Assembly: GCA_964057225.1 (NCBI GenBank) | Contig: OZ059900.1 | Location: 16,368,001 to 16,432,000, forward strand | From: Auanema rhodensis | Lineage: Eukaryota > Animalia > Nematoda | Direction of reading: 5' to 3' | DNA: 64,000 bases | In this document: positions 52,601 through 64,000 of the stretch, one piece after another | Layout: each line of letters starts with the position of its first letter | Position numbering within the stretch: the first letter of the stretch is position 1 | The notes under the pieces: generated by a model | Told to the model about the DNA's origin: nothing | Database searches by the model: none | Seen by the model: only the letters and a program-made list of their open reading frames with translations | Made by a program: the position numbers and the translations under genes

Positions 52601-54725
52601 ATGTAAAATGCTTCATTTTAGTATGTAACACGCTGAAATTCGTTGCATTTGACGACTCATATGAACAAAAATCGATTTAATCAATATTAGCCATAAGGGG
52701 CGTGCCCTCAGAATATGCTAACTTCCTTAATTTTCTAACCCCTGTTTTTTTGTCGTGAAAGTGGAACTAGACGTTGTACGAACAATTTTGAGCTAGGTTT
52801 CATTGACATTGCATGAGTTTGAACACATGAAATCGTAAGTCAAAACCTTGTTTACAGCGAAATTTCCAAAAACTGGTTTTCCAGCATAATAAAATATTTC
52901 TCATGGGAAATACTGTGTTTTTGTATTTTTCTAGTGTTCAGCATGTAAAATGTTTCATTTTAGTATGTAACACGCTGAAATTCGTTACATTTGACGACTC
53001 ATATGAACAAAAATCGATTTAATCAATATTAGCCATAAGGGGCGTGCCCTCAGAATATGCTAATTTCCTTAATTTTCTAACCCCTGTTTTTTTGTCGTGA
53101 AAGTGGAACTAGACGTTATACGAACAATTTTGAGCTAGGTTTCATTGACATTGCATGAGTTTGAACACATGAAATCGTAAGTCAAAACCTTGTTTACAGC
53201 GAAATTTCCAAAAACTGGTTTTCCAGCATAATAAAATATTTCTCATGGGAAATACTGTGTTTTTGTATTTTTCTAGTGTTCAGCATGTAAAATGCTTCAT
53301 TTTAGTATGTAACACGCTGAAATTCGTTGCATTTGACGACTCATATGAACAAAAATCGATTTAATCAATATTAGCTATAAGGGGCGTGCCCTCAGAATAT
53401 GCTAATTTCCTTAATTTTCTAACCCCTGTTTTTTTGTCGTGAAAGTGGAACTAGACGTTGTACGAACAATTTTGAGCTAAGTTTCATTGACATTGCATGA
53501 GTTTGAACACATGAAATCGTAAGTCAAAACCTTGTTTACAGCGAAATTTCCAAAAACTGGTTTTCCAGCATAATAAAATATTTCTCATGGGAAATACTGT
53601 GTTTTTGTATTTTTCTAGTGTTCAGCATGTAAAATGCTTCATTTTAGTATGTAACACGCTGTAATTCGTTGCATTTGACGACTCATATGAACAAAAATCG
53701 ATTTAATCAATATTAGCCATAAGGGGCGTGCCCTCAGAATATGCTAATTTCCTTAATTTTCTAACCCCTGTTTTTTTGTCGTGAAAGTGGAACTAGACGT
53801 TGTACGAACAATTTTGAGCTAAGTTTCATTGACATTGCATGAGTTTGAACACATGAAATCGTAAGTCAAAACCTTGTTTACAGCGAAATTTCCAAAAACT
53901 GGTTTTCCAGCATAATAAAATATTTCTCATGGGAAATACTGTGTTTTTGTATTTTTCTAGTGTTCAGCATGTAAAATGCTTCATTTTAGTATGTAACACG
54001 CTGTAATTCGTTGCATTTGACGACTCATATGAACAAAAATCGATTTAATCAATATTAGCCATAAGGGGCGTGCCCTCAGAATATGCTAATTTCCTTAATT
54101 TTCTAACCCCTGTTTTTTTGTCGTGAAAGTGGAACTAGACGTTGTACGAACAATTTTGAGCTAGGTTTCATTGACATTGCATGAGTTTGAACACATGAAA
54201 TCGTAAGTCAAAACCTTGTTTACAGCGAAATTTCCAAAAACTGGTTTTCCAGCATAATAAAATATTTCTCATGGGAAATACTGTGTTTTTGTATTTTACT
54301 AGTGTTCAGCATGTAAAATGCTTCATTTTAGTATGTAACACGCTGAAATTCGTTGCATTTGACGACTCATATGAACAAAAATCGATTTAATCAATATTAG
54401 CCATAAGGGGCGTGCCCTCAGAATATGCTAATTTCCTTAATTTTCTAACCCCTGTTTTTTTGTCGTGAAAGTGGAACTAGACGTTGTACGAACAATTTTG
54501 AGCTAGGTTTCATTGACATTGCATGAGTTTGAACACATGAAATCGTAAGTCAAAACCTTGTTTACAGCGAAATTTCCAAAAACTGGTTTTCCAGCATAAT
54601 AAAATATTTCTCATGGGAAATACTGTGTTTTTGTATTTTTCTAGTGTTCAGCATGTAAAATGCTTCATTTTAGTATGTAACACGCTGAAATTCGTTGCAT
54701 TTGACGACTCATATGAACAAAAATC
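40700..54725. repeat. Domain dominated by a 5-monomer, 1711-bp higher-order repeat containing a 343-bp monomer
   Basis: The unit [98G,168G]-[49C,252T,283A]-[consensus]-[227T,233A]-[T8 insertion,107A,144A] occurs at 40700-42409, 42410-44120 and 47542-49252, with a variant copy around 50963-52331. Confidence 0.85.
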
Positions 54726-57700
54726 GATTTAATCAATATTAGCCATAAGGGGCGTGCCCTCAGAATATGCTAATTTCCTTAATTTTCTAACCCCTGTTTT
54801 TTTGTCGTGAAAGTGAAACTAGACGTTGTACGAACAAATTTGAGCTAGGTTTCATTGACATTGCATGAGTTTGAACACATGAAATCGTAAGTCAAAACCT
54901 TGTTTACAGCGAAATTTCCAAAAACTGGTTTTCCAGCATAATAAAATATTTCTCATGGGAAATACTGTGTTTTTGTATTTTTCTAGTGTTCAGCATGTAA
55001 AATGCTTCATTTTAGTATGTAACACGCTGAAATTCGTTGCATTTGACGACTCATATGAACAAAAATCGATTTAATCAATATTAGCCATAAGGGGCGTGCC
55101 CTCAGAATATGCTAATTTCCTTAATTTTCTAACCCTTGTTTTTTTGTCGTGAAAGTGGAACTAGACGTTGTACGAACAATTTTGAGCTAGGTTTCATTGA
55201 CATTGCATGAGTTTGAACACATGAAATCGTAAGTCAAAACCTTGTTTACAGCGAAATTTCCAAAAACTGGTTTTCCAGCATAATAAAATATTTCTCATGG
55301 GAAATACTGTGTTTTTGTATTTTTCTAGTGTTCAGCATGTAAAATGCTTCATTTTAGTATGTAACACGCTGAAATTCGTTGCATTTGACGACTCATATGA
55401 ACAAAAATCGATTTAATCAATATTAGCCATAAGGGGCGTGCCCTCAGAATATGCTAATTTCCTTAATTTTCTAACCCCTGTTTTTTTGTCGTGAAAGTGG
55501 AACTAGGCGTTGTACGAACAATTTTGAGCTAGGTTTCATTGACATTGCATGAGTTTGAACACATGAAATCGTAAGTCAAAACCTTGTTTACAGCGAAATT
55601 TCCAAAAACTGGTTTTCCAGCATAATAAAATATTTCTCATGGGAAATACTGTGTTTTTGTATTTTTCTAGTGTTCAGCATGTAAAATGCTTCATTTTAGT
55701 ATGTAACACGCTGAAATTCGTTGCATTTGACGACTCATATGAACAAAAATCGATTTAATCAATATTAGCCATAAGGGGCGTGCCCTCAGAATATGCTAAT
55801 TTCCTTAATTTTCTAACCCCTGTTTTTTTGTCGTGAAAGTGGAACTAGACGTTGTACGAACAATTTTGAGCTAGGTTTCATTGACATTGCATGAGTTTGA
55901 ACACATGAAATCGTAAGTCAAAACCTTGTTTACAGCGAAATTTCCAAAAACTGGTTTTCCAGCATAATAAAATATTTCTCATGGGAAATACTGTGTTTTT
56001 GTATTTTTCTAGTGTTCAGCATGTTAAATGCTTCATTTTAGTATGTAACACGCTGAAATTCGTTGCATTTGACGACTCATATGAACAAAAATCGATTTAA
56101 TCAATATTAGCCATAAGGGGCGTGCCCTCAGAATATGCTAATTTCCTTAATTTTCTAACCCCTGTTTTTTTGTCGTGAAAGTGGAACTAGACGTTGTACG
56201 AACAATTTTGAGCTAGGTTTCATTAACATTGCATGAGTTTGAACACATGAAATCGTAAGTCAAAACCTTGTTTACAGCGAAATTTCCAAAAACTGGTTTT
56301 CCAGCATAATAAAATATTTCTCATGGGAAATACTGTGTTTTTGTATTTTTCTAGTGTTCAGCATGTAAAATGCTTCATTTTAGTATGTAACACGCTGAAA
56401 TTCGTTGCATTTGACGACTCATATGAACAAAAATCGATTTAATCAATATTAGCCATAAGGGGCGTGCCCTCAGAATATGCTAATTTCCTTAATTTTCTAA
56501 CCCCTGTTTTTTTGTCGTGAAAGTGGAACTAGACGTTGTACGAACAATTTTGAGCTAGGTTTCATTGACATTGCATGAGTTTGAACACATGAAATCGTAA
56601 GTCAAAACCTTGTTTACAGCGAAATTTCCAAAAACTGGTTTTCCAGCATAATAAAATATTTCTCATGGGAAATACTGTGTTTTTGTATTTTTCTAGTGTT
56701 CAGCATGTAAAATGCTTCATTTTAGTATGTAACACGCTGAAATTCGTTGCATTTGACGACTCATATGAACAAAAATCGATTTAATCAATATTAGCCATAA
56801 GGGGCGTGCCCTCAGAATATGCTAATTTCCTTAATTTTCTAACCCCTGTTTTTTTGTCGTGAAAGTGGAACTAGACGTTGTACGAACAATTTTGAGCTAG
56901 GTTTCATTGACATTGCATGAGTTTGAACACATGAAATCGTAAGTCAAAACCTTGTTTACAGCGAAATTTCCAAAAACTGGTTTTCCAGCATAATAAAATA
57001 TTTCTCATGGGAAATACTGTGTTTTTGTATTTTTCTAGTGTTCAGCATGTAAAATGCTTCATTTTAGTATGTAACACGCTGAAATTCGTTGCATTTGACG
57101 ACTCATATGAACAAAAATCGATTTAATCAATATTAGCCATAAGGGGCGTGCCCTCAGAATATGCTAATTTCCTTAATTTTCTAACCCCTGTTTTTTTGTC
57201 GTGAAAGTGGAACTAGACGTTGTACGAACAATTTTGAGCTAAGTTTCATTGACATTGCATGAGTTTGAACACATGAAATCGTAAGTCAAAACCTTGTTTA
57301 CAGCGAAATTTCCAAAAACTGGTTTTCCAGCATAATAAAATATTTCTCATGGGAAATACTGTGTTTTTGTTTTTTTCTAGTGTTCAGCATGTAAAATGCT
57401 TCATTTTAGTATGTAACACGCTGAAATTCGTTGCATTTGACGACTCATATGAACAAAAATCGATTTAATCAATATTAGCCATAAGGGGCGTGCCCTCAGA
57501 ATATGCTAATTTCCTTAATTTTCTAACCCCTGTTTTTTTGTCGTGAAAGTGAAACTAGACGTTGTACGAACAAATTTGAGCTAGGTTTCATTGACATTGC
57601 ATGAGTTTGAACACATGAAATCGTAAGTCAAAACCTTGTTTACAGCGAAATTTCCAAAAACTGGTTTTCCAGCATAATAAAATATTTCTCATGGGAAATA

Positions 57701-60700
57701 CTGTGTTTTTGTATTTTTCTAGTGTTCAGCATGTAAAATGCTTCATTTTAGTATGTAACACGCTGAAATTCGTTGCATTTGACGACTCATATGAACAAAA
57801 ATCGATTTAATCAATATTAGCCATAAGGGGCGTGCCCTCAGAATATGCTAATTTCCTTAATTTTCTAACCCTTGTTTTTTTGTCGTGAAAGTGGAACTAG
57901 ACGTTGTACGAACAATTTTGAGCTAGGTTTCATTGACATTGCATGAGTTTGAACACATGAAATCGTAAGTCAAAACCTTGTTTACAGCGAAATTTCCAAA
58001 AACTGGTTTTCCAGCATAATAAAATATTTCTCATGGGAAATACTGTATTTTTGTATTTTTCTAGTGTTCAGCATGTAAAATTCTTCATTTTAGTATGTAA
58101 CACGCTGAAATTCGTTGCATTTGACGACTCATATGAACAAAAATCGATTTAATCAATATTAGCCATAAGGGGCGTGCCCTCAGAATATGCTAATTTCCTT
58201 AATTTTCTAACCCCTGTTTTTTTGTCGTGAAAGTGGAACTAGGCGTTGTACGAACAATTTTGAGCTAGGTTTCATTGACATTGCATGAGTTTGAACACAT
58301 GAAATCGTAAGTCAAAACCTTGTTTACAGCGAAATTTCCAAAAACTGGTTTTCCAGCATAATAAAATATTTGTCATGGGAAATACTGTGTTTTTGTATTT
58401 TTCTAGTGTTCAGCATGTAAAATGCTTCATTTTAGTATGTAACACGCTGAAATTCGTTGCATTTGACGACTCATATGAACAAAAATCGATTTAATCAATA
58501 TTAGCCATAAGGGGCGTGCCCTCAGAATATGCTAATTTCCTTAATTTTCTAACCCCTGTTTTTTTGTCGTGAAAGTGGAACTAGGCGTTGTACGAACAAT
58601 TTTGAGCTAGGTTTCATTGACATTGCATGAGTTTGAACACATGAAATCGTAAGTCAAAACCTTGTTTACAGCGAAATTTCCAAAAACTGGTTTTCCAGCA
58701 TAATAAAATATTTCTCATGGGAAATACTGTGTTTTTGTATTTTTCTAGTGTTCAGCATGTAAAATGCTTCATTTTAGTATGTAACACGCTGAAATTCGTT
58801 GCATTTGACGACTCATATGAACAAAAATCGATTTAATCAATATTAGCCATAAGGGGCGTGCCCTCAGAATATGCTAATTTCCTTAATTTTCTAACCCCTG
58901 TTTTTTTGTCGTGAAAGTGGAACTAGACGTTGTACGAACAATTTTGAGCTAGGTTTCATTGACATTGCATGAGTTTGAACACATGAAATCGTAAGTCAAA
59001 ACCTTGTTTACAGCGAAATTTCCAAAAACTGGTTTTCCAGCATAATAAAATATTTCTCATGGGAAATACTGTGTTTTTGTATTTTTCTAGTGTTCAGCAT
59101 GTTAAATGCTTCATTTTAGTATGTAACACGCTGAAATTCGTTGCATTTGACGACTCATATGAACAAAAATCGATTTAATCAATATTAGCCATAAGGGGCG
59201 TGCCCTCAGAATATGCTAATTTCCTTAATTTTCTAACCCCTGTTTTTTTGTCGTGAAAGTGGAACTAGACGTTGTACGAACAATTTTGAGCTAGGTTTCA
59301 TTAACATTGCATGAGTTTGAACACATGAAATCGTAAGTCAAAACCTTGTTTACAGCGAAATTTCCAAAAACTGGTTTTCCAGCATAATAAAATATTTCTC
59401 ATGGGAAATACTGTGTTTTTGTATTTTTCTAGTGTTCAGCATGTAAAATGCTTCATTTTAGTATGTAACACGCTGAAATTCGTTGCATTTGACGACTCAT
59501 ATGAACAAAAATCGATTTAATCAATATTAGCCATAAGGGGCGTGCCCTCAGAATATGCTAATTTCCTTAATTTTCTAACCCCTGTTTTTTTGTCGTGAAA
59601 GTGGAACTAGACGTTGTACGAACAATTTTGAGCTAGGTTTCATTGACATTGCATGAGTTTGAACACATGAAATCGTAAGTCAAAACCTTGTTTACAGCGA
59701 AATTTCCAAAAACTGGTTTTCCAGCATAATAAAATATTTCTCATGGGAAATACTGTGTTTTTGTATTTTTCTAGTGTTCAGCATGTAAAATGCTTCATTT
59801 TAGTATGTAACACGCTGAAATTCGTTGCATTTGACGACTCATATGAACAAAAATCGATTTAATCAATATTAGCCATAAGGGGCGTGCCCTCAGAATATGC
59901 TAATTTCCTTAATTTTCTAACCCCTGTTTTTTTGTCGTGAAAGTGGAACTAGACGTTGTACGAACAATTTTGAGCTAGGTTTCATTGACATTGCATGAGT
60001 TTGAACACATGAAATCGTAAGTCAAAACCTTGTTTACAGCGAAATTTCCAAAAACTGGTTTTCCAGCATAATAAAATATTTCTCATGGGAAATACTGTGT
60101 TTTTGTATTTTTCTAGTGTTCAGCATGTAAAATGCTTCATTTTAGTGTGTAACACGCTGAAATTCGTTGCATTTGACGACTCATATGAACAAAAATCGAT
60201 TTAATCAATATTAGCCATAAGGGGCGTGCCCTCAGAATATGCTAATTTCCTTAATTTTCTAACCCCTGTTTTTTTGTCGTGAAAGTGGAACTAGACGTTG
60301 TACGAACAATTTTGAGCTAAGTTTCATTGACATTGCATGAGTTTGAACACATGAAATCGTAAGTCAAAACCTTGTTTACAGCGAAATTTCCAAAAACTGG
60401 TTTTCCAGCATAATAAAATATTTCTCATGGGAAATACTGTGTTTTTGTTTTTTTCTAGTGTTCAGCATGTAAAATGCTTCATTTTAGTATGTAACACGCT
60501 GAAATTCGTTGCATTTGACGACTCATATGAACAAAAATCGATTTAATCAATATTAGCCATAAGGGGCGTGCCCTCAGAATATGCTAATTTCCTTAATTTT
60601 CTAACCCCTGTTTTTTTGTCGTGAAAGTGAAACTAGACGTTGTACGAACAAATTTGAGCTAGGTTTCATTGACATTGCATGAGTTTGAACACATGAAATC

Positions 60701-63700
60701 GTAAGTCAAAACCTTGTTTACAGCGAAATTTCCAAAAACTGGTTTTCCAGCATAATAAAATATTTCTCATGGGAAATACTGTGTTTTTGTATTTTTCTAG
60801 TGTTCAGCATGTAAAATGCTTCATTTTAGTATGTAACACGCTGAAATTCGTTGCATTTGACGACTCATATGAACAAAAATCGATTTAATCAATATTAGCC
60901 ATAAGGGGCGTGCCCTCAGAATATGCTAATTTCCTTAATTTTCTAACCCTTGTTTTTTTGTCGTGAAAGTGGAACTAGACGTTGTACGAACAATTTTGAG
61001 CTAGGTTTCATTGACATTGCATGAGTTTGAACACATGAAATCGTAAGTCAAAACCTTGTTTACAGCGAAATTTCCAAAAACTGGTTTTCCAGCATAATAA
61101 AATATTTCTCATGGGAAATACTGTATTTTTGTATTTTTCTAGTGTTCAGCATGTAAAATTCTTCATTTTAGTATGTAACACGCTGAAATTCGTTGCATTT
61201 GACGACTCATATGAACAAAAATCGATTTAATCAATATTAGCCATAAGGGGCGTGCCCTCAGAATATGCTAATTTCCTTAATTTTCTAACCCCTGTTTTTT
61301 TGTCGTGAAAGTGGAACTAGGCGTTGTACGAACAATTTTGAGCTAGGTTTCATTGACATTGCATGAGTTTGAACACATGAAATCGTAAGTCAAAACCTTG
61401 TTTACAGCGAAATTTCCAAAAACTGGTTTTCCAGCATAATAAAATATTTGTCATGGGAAATACTGTGTTTTTGTATTTTTCTAGTGTTCAGCATGTAAAA
61501 TGCTTCATTTTAGTATGTAACACGCTGAAATTCGTTGCATTTGACGACTCATATGAACAAAAATCGATTTAATCAATATTAGCCATAAGGGGCGTGCCCT
61601 CAGAATATGCTAATTTCCTTAATTTTCTAACCCCTGTTTTTTTGTCGTGAAAGTGGAACTAGACGTTGTACGAACAATTTTGAGCTAGGTTTCATTGACA
61701 TTGCATGAGTTTGAACACATGAAATCGTAAGTCAAAACCTTGTTTACAGCGAAATTTCCAAAAACTGGTTTTCCAGCATAATAAAATATTTCTCATGGGA
61801 AATACTGTGTTTTTGTATTTTTCTAGTGTTCAGCATGTAAAATGCTTCATTTTAGTATGTAACACGCTGAAATTCGTTGCATTTGACGACTCATATGAAC
61901 AAAAATCGATTTAATCAATATTAGCCATAAGGGGCGTGCCCTCAGAATATGCTAATTTCCTTAATTTTCTAACCCCTGTTTTTTTGTCGTGAAAGTGGAA
62001 CTAGACGTTGTACGAACAATTTTGAGCTAGGTTTCATTGACATTGCATGAGTTTGAACACATGAAATCGTAAGTCAAAACCTTGTTTACAGCGAAATTTC
62101 CAAAAACTGGTTTTCCAGCATAATAAAATATTTCTCATGGGAAATACTGTGTTTTTGTATTTTTCTAGTGTTCAGCATGTAAAATGCTTCATTTTAGTAT
62201 GTAACACGCTGAAATTCGTTGCATTTGACGACTCATATGAACAAAAATCGATTTAATCAATATTAGCCATAAGGGGCGTGCCCTCAGAATATGCTAATTT
62301 CCTTAATTTTCTAACCCCTGTTTTTTTGTCGTGAAAGTGGAACTAGACGTTGTACGAACAATTTTGAGCTAAGTTTCATTGACATTGCATGAGTTTGAAC
62401 ACATGAAATCGTAAGTCAAAACCTTGTTTACAGCGAAATTTCCAAAAACTGGTTTTCCAGCATAATAAAATATTTGTCATGGGAAATACTGTGTTTTTGT
62501 ATTTTTCTAGTGTTCAGCATGTAAAATGCTTCATTTTAGTATGTAACACGCTGAAATTCGTTGCATTTGACGACTCATATGAACAAAAATCGATTTAATC
62601 AATATTAGCCATAAGGGGCGTGCCCTCAGAATATGCTAATTTCCTTAATTTTCTAACCCTTGTTTTTTTGTCGTGAAAGTGGAACTAGACGTTGTACGAA
62701 CAATTTTGAGCTAGGTTTCATTGACATTGCATGAGTTTGAACACATGAAATCGTAAGTCAAAACCTTGTTTACAGCGAAATTTCCAAAAACTGGTTTTCC
62801 AGCATAATAAAATATTTCTCATGGGAAATACTGTGTTTTTGTATTTTTCTAGTGTTCAGCATGTAAAATGCTTCATTTTAGTATGTAACACGCTGAAATT
62901 CGTTGCATTTGACGACTCATATGAACAAAAATCGATTTAATCAATATTAGCCATAAGGGGCGTGCCCTCAGAATATGCTAATTTCCTTAATTTTCTAACC
63001 CTTGTTTTTTTGTCGTGAAAGTGGAACTAGACGTTGTACGAACAATTTTGAGCTAGGTTTCATTGACATTGCATGAGTTTGAACACATGAAATCGTAAGT
63101 CAAAACCTTGTTTACAGCGAAATTTCCAAAAACTGGTTTTCCAGCATAATAAAATATTTCTCATGGGAAATACTGTGTTTTTGTATTTTTCTAGTGTTCA
63201 GCATGTAAAATGCTTCATTTTAGTATGTAACACGCTGAAATTCGTTGCATTTGACGACTCATATGAACAAAAATCGATTTAATCAATATTAGCCATAAGG
63301 GGCGTGCCCTCAGAATATGCTAATTTCCTTAATTTTCTAACCCTTGTTTTTTTGTCGTGAAAGTGGAACTAGACGTTGTACGAACAATTTTGAGCTAGGT
63401 TTCATTGACATTGCATGAGTTTGAACACATGAAATCGTAAGTCAAAACCTTGTTTACAGCGAAATTTCCAAAAACTGGTTTTCCAGCATAATAAAATATT
63501 TCTCATGGGAAATACTGTATTTTTGTATTTTTCTAGTGTTCAGCATGTAAAATTCTTCATTTTAGTATGTAACACGCTGAAATTCGTTGCATTTGACGAC
63601 TCATATGAACAAAAATCGATTTAATCAATATTAGCCATAAGGGGCGTGCCCTCAGAATATGCTAATTTCCTTAATTTTCTAACCCCTGTTTTTTTGTCGT

Positions 63701-63959
63701 GAAAGTGGAACTAGGCGTTGTACGAACAATTTTGAGCTAGGTTTCATTGACATTGCATGAGTTTGAACACATGAAATCGTAAGTCAAAACCTTGTTTACA
63801 GCGAAATTTCCAAAAACTGGTTTTCCAGCATAATAAAATATTTGTCATGGGAAATACTGTGTTTTTGTATTTTTCTAGTGTTCAGCATGTAAAATGCTTC
63901 ATTTTAGTATGTAACACGCTGAAATTCGTTGCATTTGACGACTCATATGAACAAAAATC
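54726..63959. repeat. Domain with an 8-mer then 9-mer higher-order repeat, decaying toward the right edge
   Basis: The marker monomer 91A+113A starts at 54726, 57462 and 60540 (steps 2736 and 3078). The 274T-then-132A pair occurs at 55752/56094 and 58830/59172. [69T,244A,279T]-[98G,227G] occurs at 57804, 60882 and 63276. Confidence 0.85.
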
Positions 63960-64000
63960 GATTTAATCAATATTAGCCATAAGGGGCGTGCCCTCAGAAT

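Larger units (their letters stand above)
1..64000. repeat. Tandem satellite DNA array, 342-bp monomer x ~187.1 copies, AT-rich, highly homogeneous (probable centromeric/pericentromeric satellite); extends to both window edges
   Basis: GATTTAATCAATATTAGCC recurs at 1, 343, 685, 1027, 1369, 1711 ... 25651 in exact 342-bp steps, then at 27362, 44121, 47542, 49253, 52332 and 63960 as the register shifts by a net +5 nt from single-base homopolymer indels. There is no unique sequence anywhere. The tandem structure is seen directly; the centromeric role is inference. Confidence 0.99.

Noticed and set aside
1-64000. CRISPR array or other repeat-spacer system
   Set aside because: No unique spacers; the entire 342-bp unit is repeated, and there are no cas or other genes.
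1-64000. Pure assembly artefact or synthetic concatemer
   Set aside because: Linked, hierarchically ordered variants and position-specific subfamilies are what a real evolving array shows, not random error on a single template. Exact local copy numbers still need read support.
1-64000. Variant pattern as an encoded message or programmed diversification system
   Set aside because: The patterns are adequately explained by ordinary tandem duplication, deletion and conversion. There is no associated enzyme gene or template/variable-region pair.
1-64000. Embedded transposon, inversion or strand switch
   Set aside because: The monomer register is accounted for end to end with only seven 1-bp indels, leaving no room for an insertion, and no reverse-orientation monomer was seen.

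Overview
The whole 64,000-bp window is one uninterrupted, head-to-tail tandem satellite array: 187 complete copies of a 342-bp monomer plus a 41-bp partial copy (63960-64000), all in the same orientation, about 34% GC (116/342 counted on the consensus). Most monomers differ from the consensus at 0-4 positions. There are no protein-coding genes, RNA genes, transposon insertions, inversions or CRISPR spacers. It looks like eukaryotic (peri)centromeric or heterochromatic satellite DNA, but I cannot name the family or organism from sequence alone. I found no new gene system. The information lies in (i) the order of single-base monomer variants, which shows nested, locally changing higher-order repeats (2-, 3-, 5-, 7-, 8/9- and 12-mers, plus block duplications 14, 23, 24 and 72 monomers apart), and (ii) the monomer's internal architecture (dyad symmetries, phased A/T tracts, a partial CENP-B-box-like motif, hints of an ancient ~2x171 dimer). 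Notation: M# is the monomer number counted from position 1; p# is the position within a monomer, with p1 the G of GATTTAATCA. Variants were typed by eye, so isolated singletons may have been missed.
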